From Nanobdellota archaeon (lineage in GTDB: Archaea; Nanobdellota; Nanobdellia; Pacearchaeales; GW2011-AR1): a stretch of DNA of 63,491 bases. Numbering within the stretch: the stretch's first letter is position 1; each line of letters opens with the position of its first letter. Below, piece after piece: positions 7,976-17,800 of this stretch. The notes beneath the pieces were generated by a model, which searched no databases, had not been told where the DNA came from, and saw nothing but the letters and a program-made list of their open reading frames with translations. Both the position numbers and the translations under genes were made by a program. Where the stretch lies: assembly GCA_018817405.1 (NCBI GenBank), contig JAHITZ010000032.1, positions 1 to 63,491 of the forward strand. Reading direction: 5' to 3'.

Positions 7976-10150
7976 TTACTGATTCTCACTCAAACCCTTC
8001 CTCTCGCGAATTTTCTTAATCACGTTCGGCTGTAATTCAGCAGGCATTTTCTGAAAAGTCTGGTCCATTAAGCTAGAAATACCGCGACCTTCTGTTGCAG
8101 ACCGTAGGTCATTGCTCCACCCAATCATTTCTGCAACAGGTATTCTTGCTTGAATCACAACACTTTCTGATTCTTGTTGAACATCTAGCAACTCTCCTCG
8201 TTTAGAGCTGATTAACTGCGTCACAGTCCCCATAAATGAAACCGGAGCTTCAACTCTGTGGGTTTGTATTGGTTCTAATAAAGCAGGCCCTGCTTTGCTC
8301 ATTGATTCATGTATCCCTTTTCTAACAGCAGGATAAACCTGCGCCGGTCCGCGATGCATATGGTCAACGTGAATTTTCGCATCATGCAATATAACTTTTG
8401 TTTTCATCAACGGCTCTTTTGACAAAGGACCTCCATTAACAATCAGCCTCCAACCATCCATAATTGAATCTATGAGTTCTCCGAGTAAAACAATCCCCCT
8501 TGTCCTGTCTTCAAAAACATTGCCTTTGTAAATCTCTTTTATCTGACGAGCTTCTTCATTTGACATGCCCACTTCAGCAAGTTTTGTCCAGGCCTGCTCA
8601 GCTCTTTTCTTCATCCTTTCTTCTGGTAACTCTCCAGAAACAATTGCATCATAAACATCATCTTCCAATGGCTCAATACTAAAAAACAAGATGTTGTGTC
8701 CATTAGGCGTTCTGCTCTCAACCATAGGACTATCTTTTGTCACAGTTTCTCTATAAACAACAATCGGCGAACCAGTTTTAACAGCCAGCCCTTTTTCACT
8801 TTTTATTCTGTTTTCAATAACCTCCAAATGCAGTTCTCCCATTCCAGACATCAGATTTTCACCAGTCTCTTCATTAATTTCAATTTTTATATCTGCATAT
8901 TCTTTAGCAATTTGTCTTAATATTTCAACAAGTTTAGGTAAGTCAGCTGGCTTTGTTGCTTCAATACTCTTTGTAACAACTGGCTCAAAAATATGTTTAA
9001 TAGATTCAAATGGTTCCATCGCGTCAGAACTTACTGTCTCGCCAGCAAAAACATTTTTTAAACCAACAATACCAACAATGTTCCCGCCGACAACTTTGTC
9101 CATTTGTATCCTCTTTGCCCCCTTGTAAATAGAAACTTGCTGTAAGTTCAGCCTTTTCTTTGCCTGATTCATATAAACAGAATCACCCTGCTTTAGTGTT
9201 CCAGAAAACAATCTTCCTGCTGCAATCTCGCCTGCGTTTTTGTCAATTACAACTTTAGTGCAGATAAACGCCGGCTCTCCTTTTTCATTACAATTAACTA
9301 AGTCTTGTCCTGTCTTGCTGTCTAAATCCCCGTGCCAGATTTTTGGTATTCTATAAGGCTGAGCTTCTTTTGGAGAGGGGTGGTGGTGCACAACCATGTC
9401 AAGAATAACCTTGTGCAATGGTGCTTTTTTAGCTAACTCTTTGTGAGCATCTTCTTGAGAATTATACGCTTCAATTACATCTTTAAATGTTATACCCTCC
9501 CTTTGCATAAATGGAAGACTTAAAGCCCAGTTATGATACGCAGAACCAAAACCAACACTTCCTTCTTGGACATTGACCTGCCACTTCTCCCCGTACCCTT
9601 CTTCTGCAATATGTTTAATTAACTCGTTAACTTTATTGATTATACTAATAAAACGCTCCTGCATTTTTTCAGGAGTCAATTTAATCTCACGAATTAAGCG
9701 GTCAACTTTGTTGATGAACAAAATTGGTTTTACTCTTTCGCGAAGAGCCTGTCTTAAAACAGTTTCTGTTTGAGGCATGATTCCCTCGCTTGCACAACAC
9801 AAGACAATTGCTCCGTCAACAGCTCTCATCGCTCTTGTAACATCTCCTCCAAAATCAACATGCCCCGGAGTATCTATGAGATTAATTAAATAACCCTCTC
9901 CTTCTACATTGTGAACCATTGAAACATTTGCAGCATCAATTGTAATTCCTCTTGTCTGCTCGTCCTCATGAAAATCCAATGCTAGTTGTTTTCCAGCCAG
10001 TTCCTCAGACATCATCCCCGCCCCAGCCAATAGGTTATCTGAAAAAGTTGTCTTCCCGTGGTCAATGTGCGCAGCTATTGCTATGTTCCTAATCTTCTCT
10101 GGCTGAGACATTAGCTTTGTTACTTTTTCTTCTGTTTTATCTGTTGGCAT
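7976..10150 (-). CDS. fusA: Translation elongation factor aEF-2
   Basis: 724 aa; IRNIAIAAHIDHGKTT, DTPGHVDF, diphthamide-region HRGPAQ. Confidence 0.95.
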   Translation of the reverse strand: MPTDKTEEKVTKLMSQPEKIRNIAIAAHIDHGKTTFSDNLLAGAGMMSEELAGKQLALDFHEDEQTRGITIDAANVSMVHNVEGEGYLINLIDTPGHVDFGGDVTRAMRAVDGAIVLCCASEGIMPQTETVLRQALRERVKPILFINKVDRLIREIKLTPEKMQERFISIINKVNELIKHIAEEGYGEKWQVNVQEGSVGFGSAYHNWALSLPFMQREGITFKDVIEAYNSQEDAHKELAKKAPLHKVILDMVVHHHPSPKEAQPYRIPKIWHGDLDSKTGQDLVNCNEKGEPAFICTKVVIDKNAGEIAAGRLFSGTLKQGDSVYMNQAKKRLNLQQVSIYKGAKRIQMDKVVGGNIVGIVGLKNVFAGETVSSDAMEPFESIKHIFEPVVTKSIEATKPADLPKLVEILRQIAKEYADIKIEINEETGENLMSGMGELHLEVIENRIKSEKGLAVKTGSPIVVYRETVTKDSPMVESRTPNGHNILFFSIEPLEDDVYDAIVSGELPEERMKKRAEQAWTKLAEVGMSNEEARQIKEIYKGNVFEDRTRGIVLLGELIDSIMDGWRLIVNGGPLSKEPLMKTKVILHDAKIHVDHMHRGPAQVYPAVRKGIHESMSKAGPALLEPIQTHRVEAPVSFMGTVTQLISSKRGELLDVQQESESVVIQARIPVAEMIGWSNDLRSATEGRGISSLMDQTFQKMPAELQPNVIKKIRERKGLSENQ

Positions 10151-10256
10151 TTTGACTTTTAATTCTAATAAATTAGAATAAATGGTGATACAAATTTGAG
10201 TTTTTAAAGTTTTACTTATGCGAAAAGATTATTAATTCAAGATTCCTAAAGAAACA

Positions 10257-10514
10257 ATGGTGCGGGCATTCATAGATATCAGACCAGGAGACACTATTTC
10301 TATCAAGCCAAATAATTTAGAGCTAATGATTTTAAATTCAAATAGCCAAACCCTGAATCTACAAATATCTGGCGGGAGAAAGTTATCAATACCAGAAGGA
10401 GCAAACGCTCATCTCTCAACAGGCATATCACTGCACAACTATGGACACAGGGGCATGGGGAAGGCATATCACATAAGATTAACTTGCACACCAATAATCC
10501 CTTATACAAGATAA
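10257..10514 (+). CDS. Hypothetical small protein
   Basis: 85-aa ORF, no recognisable motif. Confidence 0.3.
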   Translation: MVRAFIDIRPGDTISIKPNNLELMILNSNSQTLNLQISGGRKLSIPEGANAHLSTGISLHNYGHRGMGKAYHIRLTCTPIIPYTR

Positions 10515-10607
10515 CAAGAACCCGCAAGGGAAAAGCAAATAATGTGGGGCTTGGATAAATCACAAGGTTTCGATAACTCTTTTAAACCCAGTTTCCTCAA
10601 CAGACAT

Positions 10608-11864
10608 ATGGCATTTTTCGATTTTTTAAGACGTTCCAGTAAGAAAGAAGAACAAAAACAATTAGAAGAAATAAATCTAAATGAAATTCCTGATTGGATA
10701 GGTTCTAAATCAAATAAGATATTTGAGAATCTAGACTCTGAATTTGAAGAAATAAGAGAGAAAATATCTCAAGAAAAAATAGCTCTCAAACAAAATCTTA
10801 AAAATCTAGAACAAGCAGAACTCAAGAATAAGGATATTCCTGATAGAATGAAGCAGATAATGGAAGGAAACAGGAGAATATATGTCCATAAAATTAATAG
10901 TTTTATAAGAAAAATTAATTTTCCTAGCGACACTGATGAAGCTTTAAACTTCGCAGTTTCTTTTGATTCAGAATTAGATAAGTTTGATAAAAGCATAGGG
11001 AAAAGCCACAACATCCTGGAAGAATTTTTCCCTGAAAAAGCAAATCTTGTCTCAACAAACGTGAAAAATATAGACAAATTAGTCAAAGAGGCAAAATCTA
11101 AAATAAAAAATTCTGAGGTTGAAAAAGTAAACGAACTAAAAAACCATGTTTCTTCAACATTAAATAAAATAAAACAAAAAGAAGAAGGCCATAAAAGGTT
11201 AAAACTGCTTGAAGAAGATTTGAAATTCCATAAGGAAACAATAAACAATAAGGAAAGTAGGTTAGAACAACTCCAACAACAAGAGACATACAAGAAAATA
11301 ATAGAGTTAATGGAAACGAAAGAACAACTAGAACAGAAAATTAAAGAAAACGAATCTAAATTTGTACATTCTTTTTCAGAGATTGAGACAGCCCTTAAAA
11401 AATATGAAAACCTCTCGGAAAATAAACTGGCAAAAAGATATTTGGAAGATTCTTTAAATGCTTTGCTAGGAGATAAGGATTTGGAAATTTTAGGCTTGTT
11501 AGATGCAATAAAAAAAGCAATTGCAAGCGGAGATATCACCTTGAAGGACAAAAAGAAAGATAAGGTGATAAAAGAATTGGACAGCCTAGATAAAGATTAC
11601 ATTGAAAGTTTCTTGCAAACTCACACAAACTCAAATAAAGACCTCTCTGAATTAGATTCTAAAATTAGAAGTTCCAATATCCTCAAAGAGATTGAAAATC
11701 TCAAGGATGAATTAAAACAAGACAACACAAATCTTGAAAAAGACAAGTTCAAGATAGGTAAGATGAAAAAAGAGACAGAGGGGATTGATGTTTCTCAGTT
11801 AATTTCAGGACTTGAAGACAAAATTAGAGAGAATACAGGAGAGGAAGTTAAAATCAACAATTAA
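10608..11864 (+). CDS. Coiled-coil protein (K/E-rich)
   Basis: Start placed at internal Met MAFFDFL; long heptad-like K/E/L/N-rich sequence. Confidence 0.6.
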   Translation: MAFFDFLRRSSKKEEQKQLEEINLNEIPDWIGSKSNKIFENLDSEFEEIREKISQEKIALKQNLKNLEQAELKNKDIPDRMKQIMEGNRRIYVHKINSFIRKINFPSDTDEALNFAVSFDSELDKFDKSIGKSHNILEEFFPEKANLVSTNVKNIDKLVKEAKSKIKNSEVEKVNELKNHVSSTLNKIKQKEEGHKRLKLLEEDLKFHKETINNKESRLEQLQQQETYKKIIELMETKEQLEQKIKENESKFVHSFSEIETALKKYENLSENKLAKRYLEDSLNALLGDKDLEILGLLDAIKKAIASGDITLKDKKKDKVIKELDSLDKDYIESFLQTHTNSNKDLSELDSKIRSSNILKEIENLKDELKQDNTNLEKDKFKIGKMKKETEGIDVSQLISGLEDKIRENTGEEVKINN

Positions 11865-12463
11865 CGAGCACTATCTGCTTGTTTCTCTGCCTCGTTCTTT
11901 TTTGAAAGAGCATAACTTTCCATATTCCCCTCTGAAGCTTTGATTATCTCCTCAGCAAGTGATTGTACCATCTTCTTTTTCTTTCCAAAACATCTTTGAT
12001 ATGCTCCCTGAACCATCCATCTCAACGCAAGGTCAACCCTTCTTGTAGGAGAAGTGTCAATTGCCTGTGGATATCTTGCTCCACCATGTTCAATAACAGT
12101 GATTTCGTCTCTTGGCGAACAATTTTCAATCGCAGTCACAAGAATCTGGACAGCATTTTTCTTTGTTCTTTGTTCAATAAGATTCATTACCTCTATCACA
12201 GTAACCATATTTTTGTTATACTTTCCAGAAGCCCAGCTTGTAATTATTTTGTGCCTCTTTCCGACATGTCCTGGTGTTGCAATCCTATTTGCAAGTCTCT
12301 CTAAGATATTCACTCTTGCCTTGCCAAACTTCCCAACATTCCTCCCCTGCGACTTCAAAAGCAACTTTGGTTCAACATTTATATAAGGCTTCAAAGCAGG
12401 ATCCTTTATCTCAATGTCAGAGACATCAAATATGTCGAAGAGTTTTATTTCTTGTTCAGCCAT
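11861..12463 (-). CDS. rps7: 30S ribosomal protein S7
   Basis: Start at MAEQEIKLFD, preceded by GGAGG; conserved S7 core (RVNILERLANRI, ENCSPR). Confidence 0.9.
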   Translation of the reverse strand: MAEQEIKLFDIFDVSDIEIKDPALKPYINVEPKLLLKSQGRNVGKFGKARVNILERLANRIATPGHVGKRHKIITSWASGKYNKNMVTVIEVMNLIEQRTKKNAVQILVTAIENCSPRDEITVIEHGGARYPQAIDTSPTRRVDLALRWMVQGAYQRCFGKKKKMVQSLAEEIIKASEGNMESYALSKKNEAEKQADSAR

Positions 12464-12683
12464 CCGCAATCCTCCTTGTTTTTTTATATTTTTTCCCAGC
12501 AGGAGTAAGCTTAACGCGCGGAACAGCAGAGTCCACAAACACTTGTGCATAACCTGTTGTTGTTAATTCTCCCTGAACCCTATCATACACATGGGCATCT
12601 AAACCACTAAAATCTACATGTCCCCCATTGTCATAAGCTTTTGATACAATTTCTTGTGTCGCGTCACTTAATTCTCTTGTCAT
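12456..12683 (-). CDS. Orphan ORF (75 aa) inside the rps12-rps7 operon
   Basis: TAA-A-ATG junction with the upstream ORF; overlaps the rps7 ATG by 8 nt. Confidence 0.5.
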   Translation of the reverse strand: MTRELSDATQEIVSKAYDNGGHVDFSGLDAHVYDRVQGELTTTGYAQVFVDSAVPRVKLTPAGKKYKKTRRIADG

Positions 12684-12684
12684 T

Positions 12685-13026
12685 TTATCTCATCTCCTCC
12701 AACTTAATCCCACATTCTTCAAACATTTTTAAAACTCTCTCAACTCTCACATCTGGATTTCCCAAACTTTTAGTATTAACACAAAGCACACATCTCTCTG
12801 CTTTACCATCCAAACCAATAGGCTCTCTTGTATGAAAATGTGGTGGATTTTCTTCTAATTCTAAACCATTATCTTTACGCAAACTATAATGCTGTACACC
12901 ATTCAAATATTTTCCTCTGGCAACTTTTCCTGATCTATTCAATCTTTCAAACAAATCCTGCATGCCCTCGCTATCTGCAAGAAAACAATATACAGCATCT
13001 TTAATCGTTTGAGTTCCAGTTGTCAT
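12685..13026 (-). CDS. Orphan ORF (113 aa from the internal ATG) inside the rps12-rps7 operon
   Basis: TAA-A-ATG junctions on both sides; contains PPHFHTREP and CVLC. Confidence 0.5.
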   Translation of the reverse strand: MTTGTQTIKDAVYCFLADSEGMQDLFERLNRSGKVARGKYLNGVQHYSLRKDNGLELEENPPHFHTREPIGLDGKAERCVLCVNTKSLGNPDVRVERVLKMFEECGIKLEEMR

Positions 13027-13027
13027 T

Positions 13028-13378
13028 TTACGCCGGGACCTCTGCCGCTCGGCTTTGAGATTGTGCAGATTCCACAATTCTTTTCAGTTTAGCTGAAAAG
13101 CTCAAAGAGGATCTATCCTCAGGACAATAAACATTGGCTGTGTACTGAGTGCCAACTCGCACCCCCTCATTGCCATAACCAGACACTGATTCAGATAATA
13201 AAAAATACTCTCCCCCCAATGTCAGTGCAGTTACTCTGGGAGTTGTCTCCAAATCGGTTGAGTGAACAATTTTCCTATGTTTAGTCCCACGAATAAATTC
13301 CCCAACGCCCGCTACAACTGCCTCAATCATTAGACCATCATAACTTCTCACATTAACTCCCTCAAATTGATTCCACAT
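13028..13378 (-). CDS. Orphan ORF (116 aa from the internal ATG) inside the rps12-rps7 operon
   Basis: TAG-A-ATG junction with the rps12 stop. Confidence 0.5.
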   Translation of the reverse strand: MWNQFEGVNVRSYDGLMIEAVVAGVGEFIRGTKHRKIVHSTDLETTPRVTALTLGGEYFLLSESVSGYGNEGVRVGTQYTANVYCPEDRSSLSFSAKLKRIVESAQSQSRAAEVPA

Positions 13379-13379
13379 T

Positions 13380-13802
13380 CTATCTCCTCCCCTTCTCAAT
13401 CTTCCCGCTCACCAATCGCGACAAAGGCTGATCATTTACTTTAATTACTTGGAACCTGATTCCTCTGATATCTCCTTTCGAACGTCCCTGCTTTCCTCCA
13501 ATTCTTTCTATCACAACTTCATCGTGTTCATCAATATACTTTTGCGCAAGGTTTCCAGGAATAAATGCCCCAACTTGAATTGCATTCTTAACAAGTTGAA
13601 CCTTACAGCATTTCCTCATCGCAGAGTTTGGCTGCGCAGCTTCTTTTTGAAATTTTTCTATAACAATTCCTTTTGCCTGGCTAGCCCTCCCAAGCGGGTC
13701 TGACTTAATCTTAAGATTTTTCATCTTAGTATTGTAAGTCTTATCAGCCCATCTAAACTTGCTTCTTTTCTTTGACAATTTTCTAGCACTTAATAGTCCC
13801 AT
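13380..13802 (-). CDS. rps12: 30S ribosomal protein S12
   Basis: 140 aa; [18 protein letters not shown], typical S12 core. Confidence 0.95.
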   Translation of the reverse strand: MGLLSARKLSKKRSKFRWADKTYNTKMKNLKIKSDPLGRASQAKGIVIEKFQKEAAQPNSAMRKCCKVQLVKNAIQVGAFIPGNLAQKYIDEHDEVVIERIGGKQGRSKGDIRGIRFQVIKVNDQPLSRLVSGKIEKGRR

Positions 13803-13840
13803 GTTATATCTTTGAAGAAAATGGTTTTTAAACTTTCTTA

Positions 13841-14059
13841 TTAACGAACCTTCCCTTCATTCTTTCTAATCGCTCTTAAAATCCAAACAACAATCCAAGT
13901 GACAATTATCAGCCCAAGAGCAATAGGGCCATAAAAAGAGATGTAAAGAGCCATCCCCAGATTCACCCCAAATACGAACGCTCCATAAATCAAGAAACCA
14001 AAAAACAATAAAACTACAATCACACTAATAATCCAGCCAACTTTAATCTCATTTTCCAT
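13841..14059 (-). CDS. Small two-TM membrane protein
   Basis: 72 aa, host-like composition; TAA-A-ATG junction with the nusA stop. Confidence 0.5.
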   Translation of the reverse strand: MENEIKVGWIISVIVVLLFFGFLIYGAFVFGVNLGMALYISFYGPIALGLIIVTWIVVWILRAIRKNEGKVR

Positions 14060-14060
14060 T

Positions 14061-14477
14061 TTAAATAATCTTCAAATCCAAATGATAAAAATCCTGCAGA
14101 ATCTTCTTCAACTCCAGGTATCTTCTTTTATTCCTACCAATTAATGAAGCTTTGTTTTGATTGTTCCCTGCTGTTATTACAATGCACCCTTCTTTAACTT
14201 CCACAGACTTCAGTCTCACCGGAGAAACAATATCTTCAATAAATCTTTTAACATCATCAAGACCCTCATCTTCTCTTATTATCCTCACTTTTTTCCCTAT
14301 CTTTTCCTGTATGTTTTTGATATTAGATGCTGCAGGTCCAATTGCTCTTGAAACTGATTTTCCATTCACGGCAAAAAACAGGATATTATTATGGACAAAG
14401 CACTTTCTAGTTTTAACTTTTGCTATTTTATCTAAGAGATTGATATATCTCATCGCTCTCATATCTATAACACCCAT
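14061..14477 (-). CDS. nusA: Archaeal NusA-like KH-domain protein
   Basis: 138 aa; two KH-like modules (GPAASNIKNIQEKIGKKV, LIGRNKRRY); canonical position upstream of rps12. Confidence 0.8.
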   Translation of the reverse strand: MGVIDMRAMRYINLLDKIAKVKTRKCFVHNNILFFAVNGKSVSRAIGPAASNIKNIQEKIGKKVRIIREDEGLDDVKRFIEDIVSPVRLKSVEVKEGCIVITAGNNQNKASLIGRNKRRYLELKKILQDFYHLDLKII

Positions 14478-14865
14478 GTTAAACCTTTTTAAGAATACTT
14501 CCTTTCACAACTATCCTTTTTCAATGTAGTTTATAAATTTATCTCTTCTTTACTGCTTTGTTAAATAAGTGGTGTTTGTTAAAAAAGCCGATTCCTGAAA
14601 TATTGAAAATAAAGAGTCAAGCCAGATAAAATTATAGTTGTTATTGCTAAAACCCAAGTAGCCCATACGAGCCTTATATTTGTTCTTTCAATTCTATAAG
14701 CAATATATGATTGAAATACTTTATCATTCAGGGTATTTATTTCTATTAAATCATTATTTTGTATTTTAGGGTTTTGTTTTTTAGCATTTTCCCTTTCAAT
14801 GTAAATAGCAATTTTTTTGTAATCTTTAAACCATCTTTTAAAACTCAGTGTATACTTCCTACCAC

Positions 14866-17800
14866 TTAACTTTTCTTCCCTTCATCTTTCCTAACCAAAG
14901 GCCCAGTCACTTTAACCAGCAAACCAGGCAAGCCAGTGCCAACAGGAATTGGCTGGTTCAATAAAATATTTTCAATCACAGATTTCAGTTCGTCTTCAGA
15001 ACCTTTAATTGTTGCATTAACAAATTGCTTATCTGGTGTTTCAAAAGTCGCCCGTGCCAAAATACTTGCTTTATCAGTTATGATTCCCATTCTTGTCACA
15101 CCTTTAACAGTTCCCGAAGAAGTCATAGCATCTGCTACAAGAGTCAAATGCCTTTTGTTAATGTCAAGTCCCTGGGTTTCAATAACATTTTTAATTTCAT
15201 TTATTATTGTTTGTCTTGCCGCCTCTATTCCGAGAATTTCTTTCACGTCGTGGATATCATTAGAAAAAACTTTATCTCTGTTAATCCCTTTGACCTCTAA
15301 GGTCTCCATAAGGTTGGAGCCACTTGTGAGAATAACATACTCTCTGTCTTTCTTAGAAACAACGACCTGGGGCACGCCCTTAATTCCAGAAACAACTATC
15401 TCTTTTAACTTCTCCTTTAGTTTATACATTTCTTTGAATCCATGTTCTGGAAGAGCAATAACGATTCTCATACCACTCAGCGTAGCTTTGAATTTTTTAT
15501 CTGTTAATTTATCTGCAACTTTTTGTGGGCCGATGTGGGCACCTTTTAACGCCTTTGAATCTAACTCTATTTCTATTTTATTATTCCCAAAATCAATATT
15601 TATCTCTGAGAGGATTTCTTTGAGCTTGACCTCTTTTATCTTTTCTGCTATGACTCGGGCATTCTTTTCATTATTATTCTCTCTGTCAAGATAAATTTCC
15701 ATCATTGGAGTAGATGGTTGTTTCCTAGCATCTAAAATTTCTATTAATCTTGGTAAACCAAGTGTAACCTGCATTTGAGCAACACCAGCCATATGGAATG
15801 TTCTAAGTACCATCTGCGTGGATGCCTCTCCAAATGATTGTGCAGTAATAACGCCCACAGCCTCTCCTGGAGAAATTTTGTCGTCTTTTAAGTGCAGCTT
15901 AGCAACATCTTTTCCGTCCTCTCCATAACTAAATTGAACAATATTTTCAGAAGCATCTCTCACCGTGCCGTCATATTCAACTTTCAAATCCTGCAGCGCA
16001 CTAACAAGTCTTCTGTACAAATAACCAGATTTTGGAGTCCTTAAAGCAGTGTCCATCAATGCGTCTCTTCCGGTAATCGCCCCGAAGAAGAACTCGCTTG
16101 GCTTCAATCCTTTAAGAAAACTGGACTTGATGAATCCTCTTGCTTCTGGTTTCAAATCATTTTTCTTGAAGAAAGCCAATGTTCTATCGCTATAACCAAA
16201 GCTAATTCTCTTGTTCCACAACGACTGCTGGCCAACACAACAACCCATCTGAGTAACATTAAGCATGCTTCCGCCGCTGCCTGACTTTATCATCTTATTA
16301 ATACTGCCTTCTGCAGGGAAATGGGACTTCACAACATCACTGACATCTGTTCTCACACTGTTAAGGATTTGCATTATCTTTGTTTCACGAGTTTCTTCCA
16401 TTGTTTTCCCAGGCATAGACTCCAATCTGTCTGCTTCATAATCTTCAATAACCTCAAGAGTTTTTTTCTCAGCTTTAGCTATAATCTCTTTAGTGATTTC
16501 CTTGACTTTTTCAGGGACATCTAAGTCGTGTAAGGACAAAGTGTATCCTTTTCTAGATAAATACACAGTTCCCAGTGTAAATGCCTTACTGATAGAATCA
16601 ACTGCGATCTCTCTTCCAAATTCTTTGTCTATTAACTTGACCATTTCCCCGTCTTCTGCTCCAAATGTATTGCTTCCGTTTATCGTTCCAGGAATGCTGA
16701 TATTAGAACCCTTTGGAATTACCTGTGAAAACACATCAATTCCAGAAACTTCTTTTTTCTTGACATTGTTGATTATATTTAAAGAAAACAACAGTTGGTC
16801 TGCTTCGCTTTTTTCAACAGTGTCTTTTCCTAAAAGATAAGCTCCGGTGACAGCATCTGCAATTGTTCCAACAAGGTTTGTGTTATTTTTGGATGATATA
16901 ATGTTGTTGTTTATATCCAAAAGCACTTTTGCTTCAGACAGCGCTTCTTCATTTTGAGGACTATGTATATTCATTTCATCTCCGTCAAAATCTGCGTTGT
17001 AAGGAGCTGCTGCTGCAGGGTTCAATCTAAATGTTCTTCCTGGAAGAACTTTTACATAATGTGCCATCAGCCCTTGCTTATGCAATGTGGGGTGCCTGTT
17101 GAACAGAACTATGTCTCCGTCTCTTAAGTGTCTCTCAACTTTATATCCTGGCTGTATCTCTGCAACTATTTCTTCTTTCAAATCTTCAGTAATGCGTTTC
17201 CTCCTTCCGTCTATCCTTATCACGTTGTTTACTCCAGGATATGCTGTTCCGTTTCTGATTAAATTCTTTATCTCTTCAATATTGGTGCTTGTGACAGATT
17301 CAGCTACTGTAATGACTTCTGCGATTTGCTGTGGCACTCCGATTTCATTAATTCTCAGGTAAGGGTCTGGCGAAATAACACTTCTCGCAGAGTAATTAAC
17401 CCTTTTTCCTGCAAGGTTGTGCCTTATTCTGCCCTCTTTTCCTTTAATTCTTTCAGTGATTGTTTTTAATGGCTGTCCAGAACGGTGCCTTGCAGGAGGT
17501 ATCCTCGTGACATTGTTATCAAAAAAAGTTGTAACATGATATTGCAATAAATCCCAAAGGTCTTCTATAATAACTTCTGGAGCTCCGGCATTTAGATTTT
17601 CCCATAGTCTTTGGTTGGCTCTTATAATATCACTCAATTTATGAGTCAGGTCATCTTCACTTCTTTCCCCTGTGTCAAGAGTGATTGACGGCCTTACAGT
17701 AACAGAAGGAACCAGCAATAACGAGATAACTGCTCTTTCTGGTCGTGCCGAATGAGTATTTATTCCTATTCTTCTTAGTTCTTCATCAGGGATATTAACA

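Noticed and set aside
7956-8000. Imperfect direct repeat GATTCTCACTCAAA(A)CCC spanning the EF-2 stop region
   Set aside because: It is short (14 nt perfect) and single, possibly a small slippage duplication; no further structure.
8500-9773. Plus-strand ORFs inside the EF-2 gene
   Set aside because: Antisense shadow ORFs with no motifs.
10769-11551. 260-aa minus-strand ORF opposite the coiled-coil gene
   Set aside because: It is antisense to a K/E-rich repetitive gene, so the F/S/L-rich product is a mirror artefact.
14936-17362. Plus-strand ORFs inside rpoA (14936-15694, 15025-15300, 16321-16524, 16493-16840, 17087-17362)
   Set aside because: They are antisense to a confidently identified conserved gene. 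Their products are S/F/L/I-rich and low in complexity, typical of shadow ORFs in AT-rich DNA.
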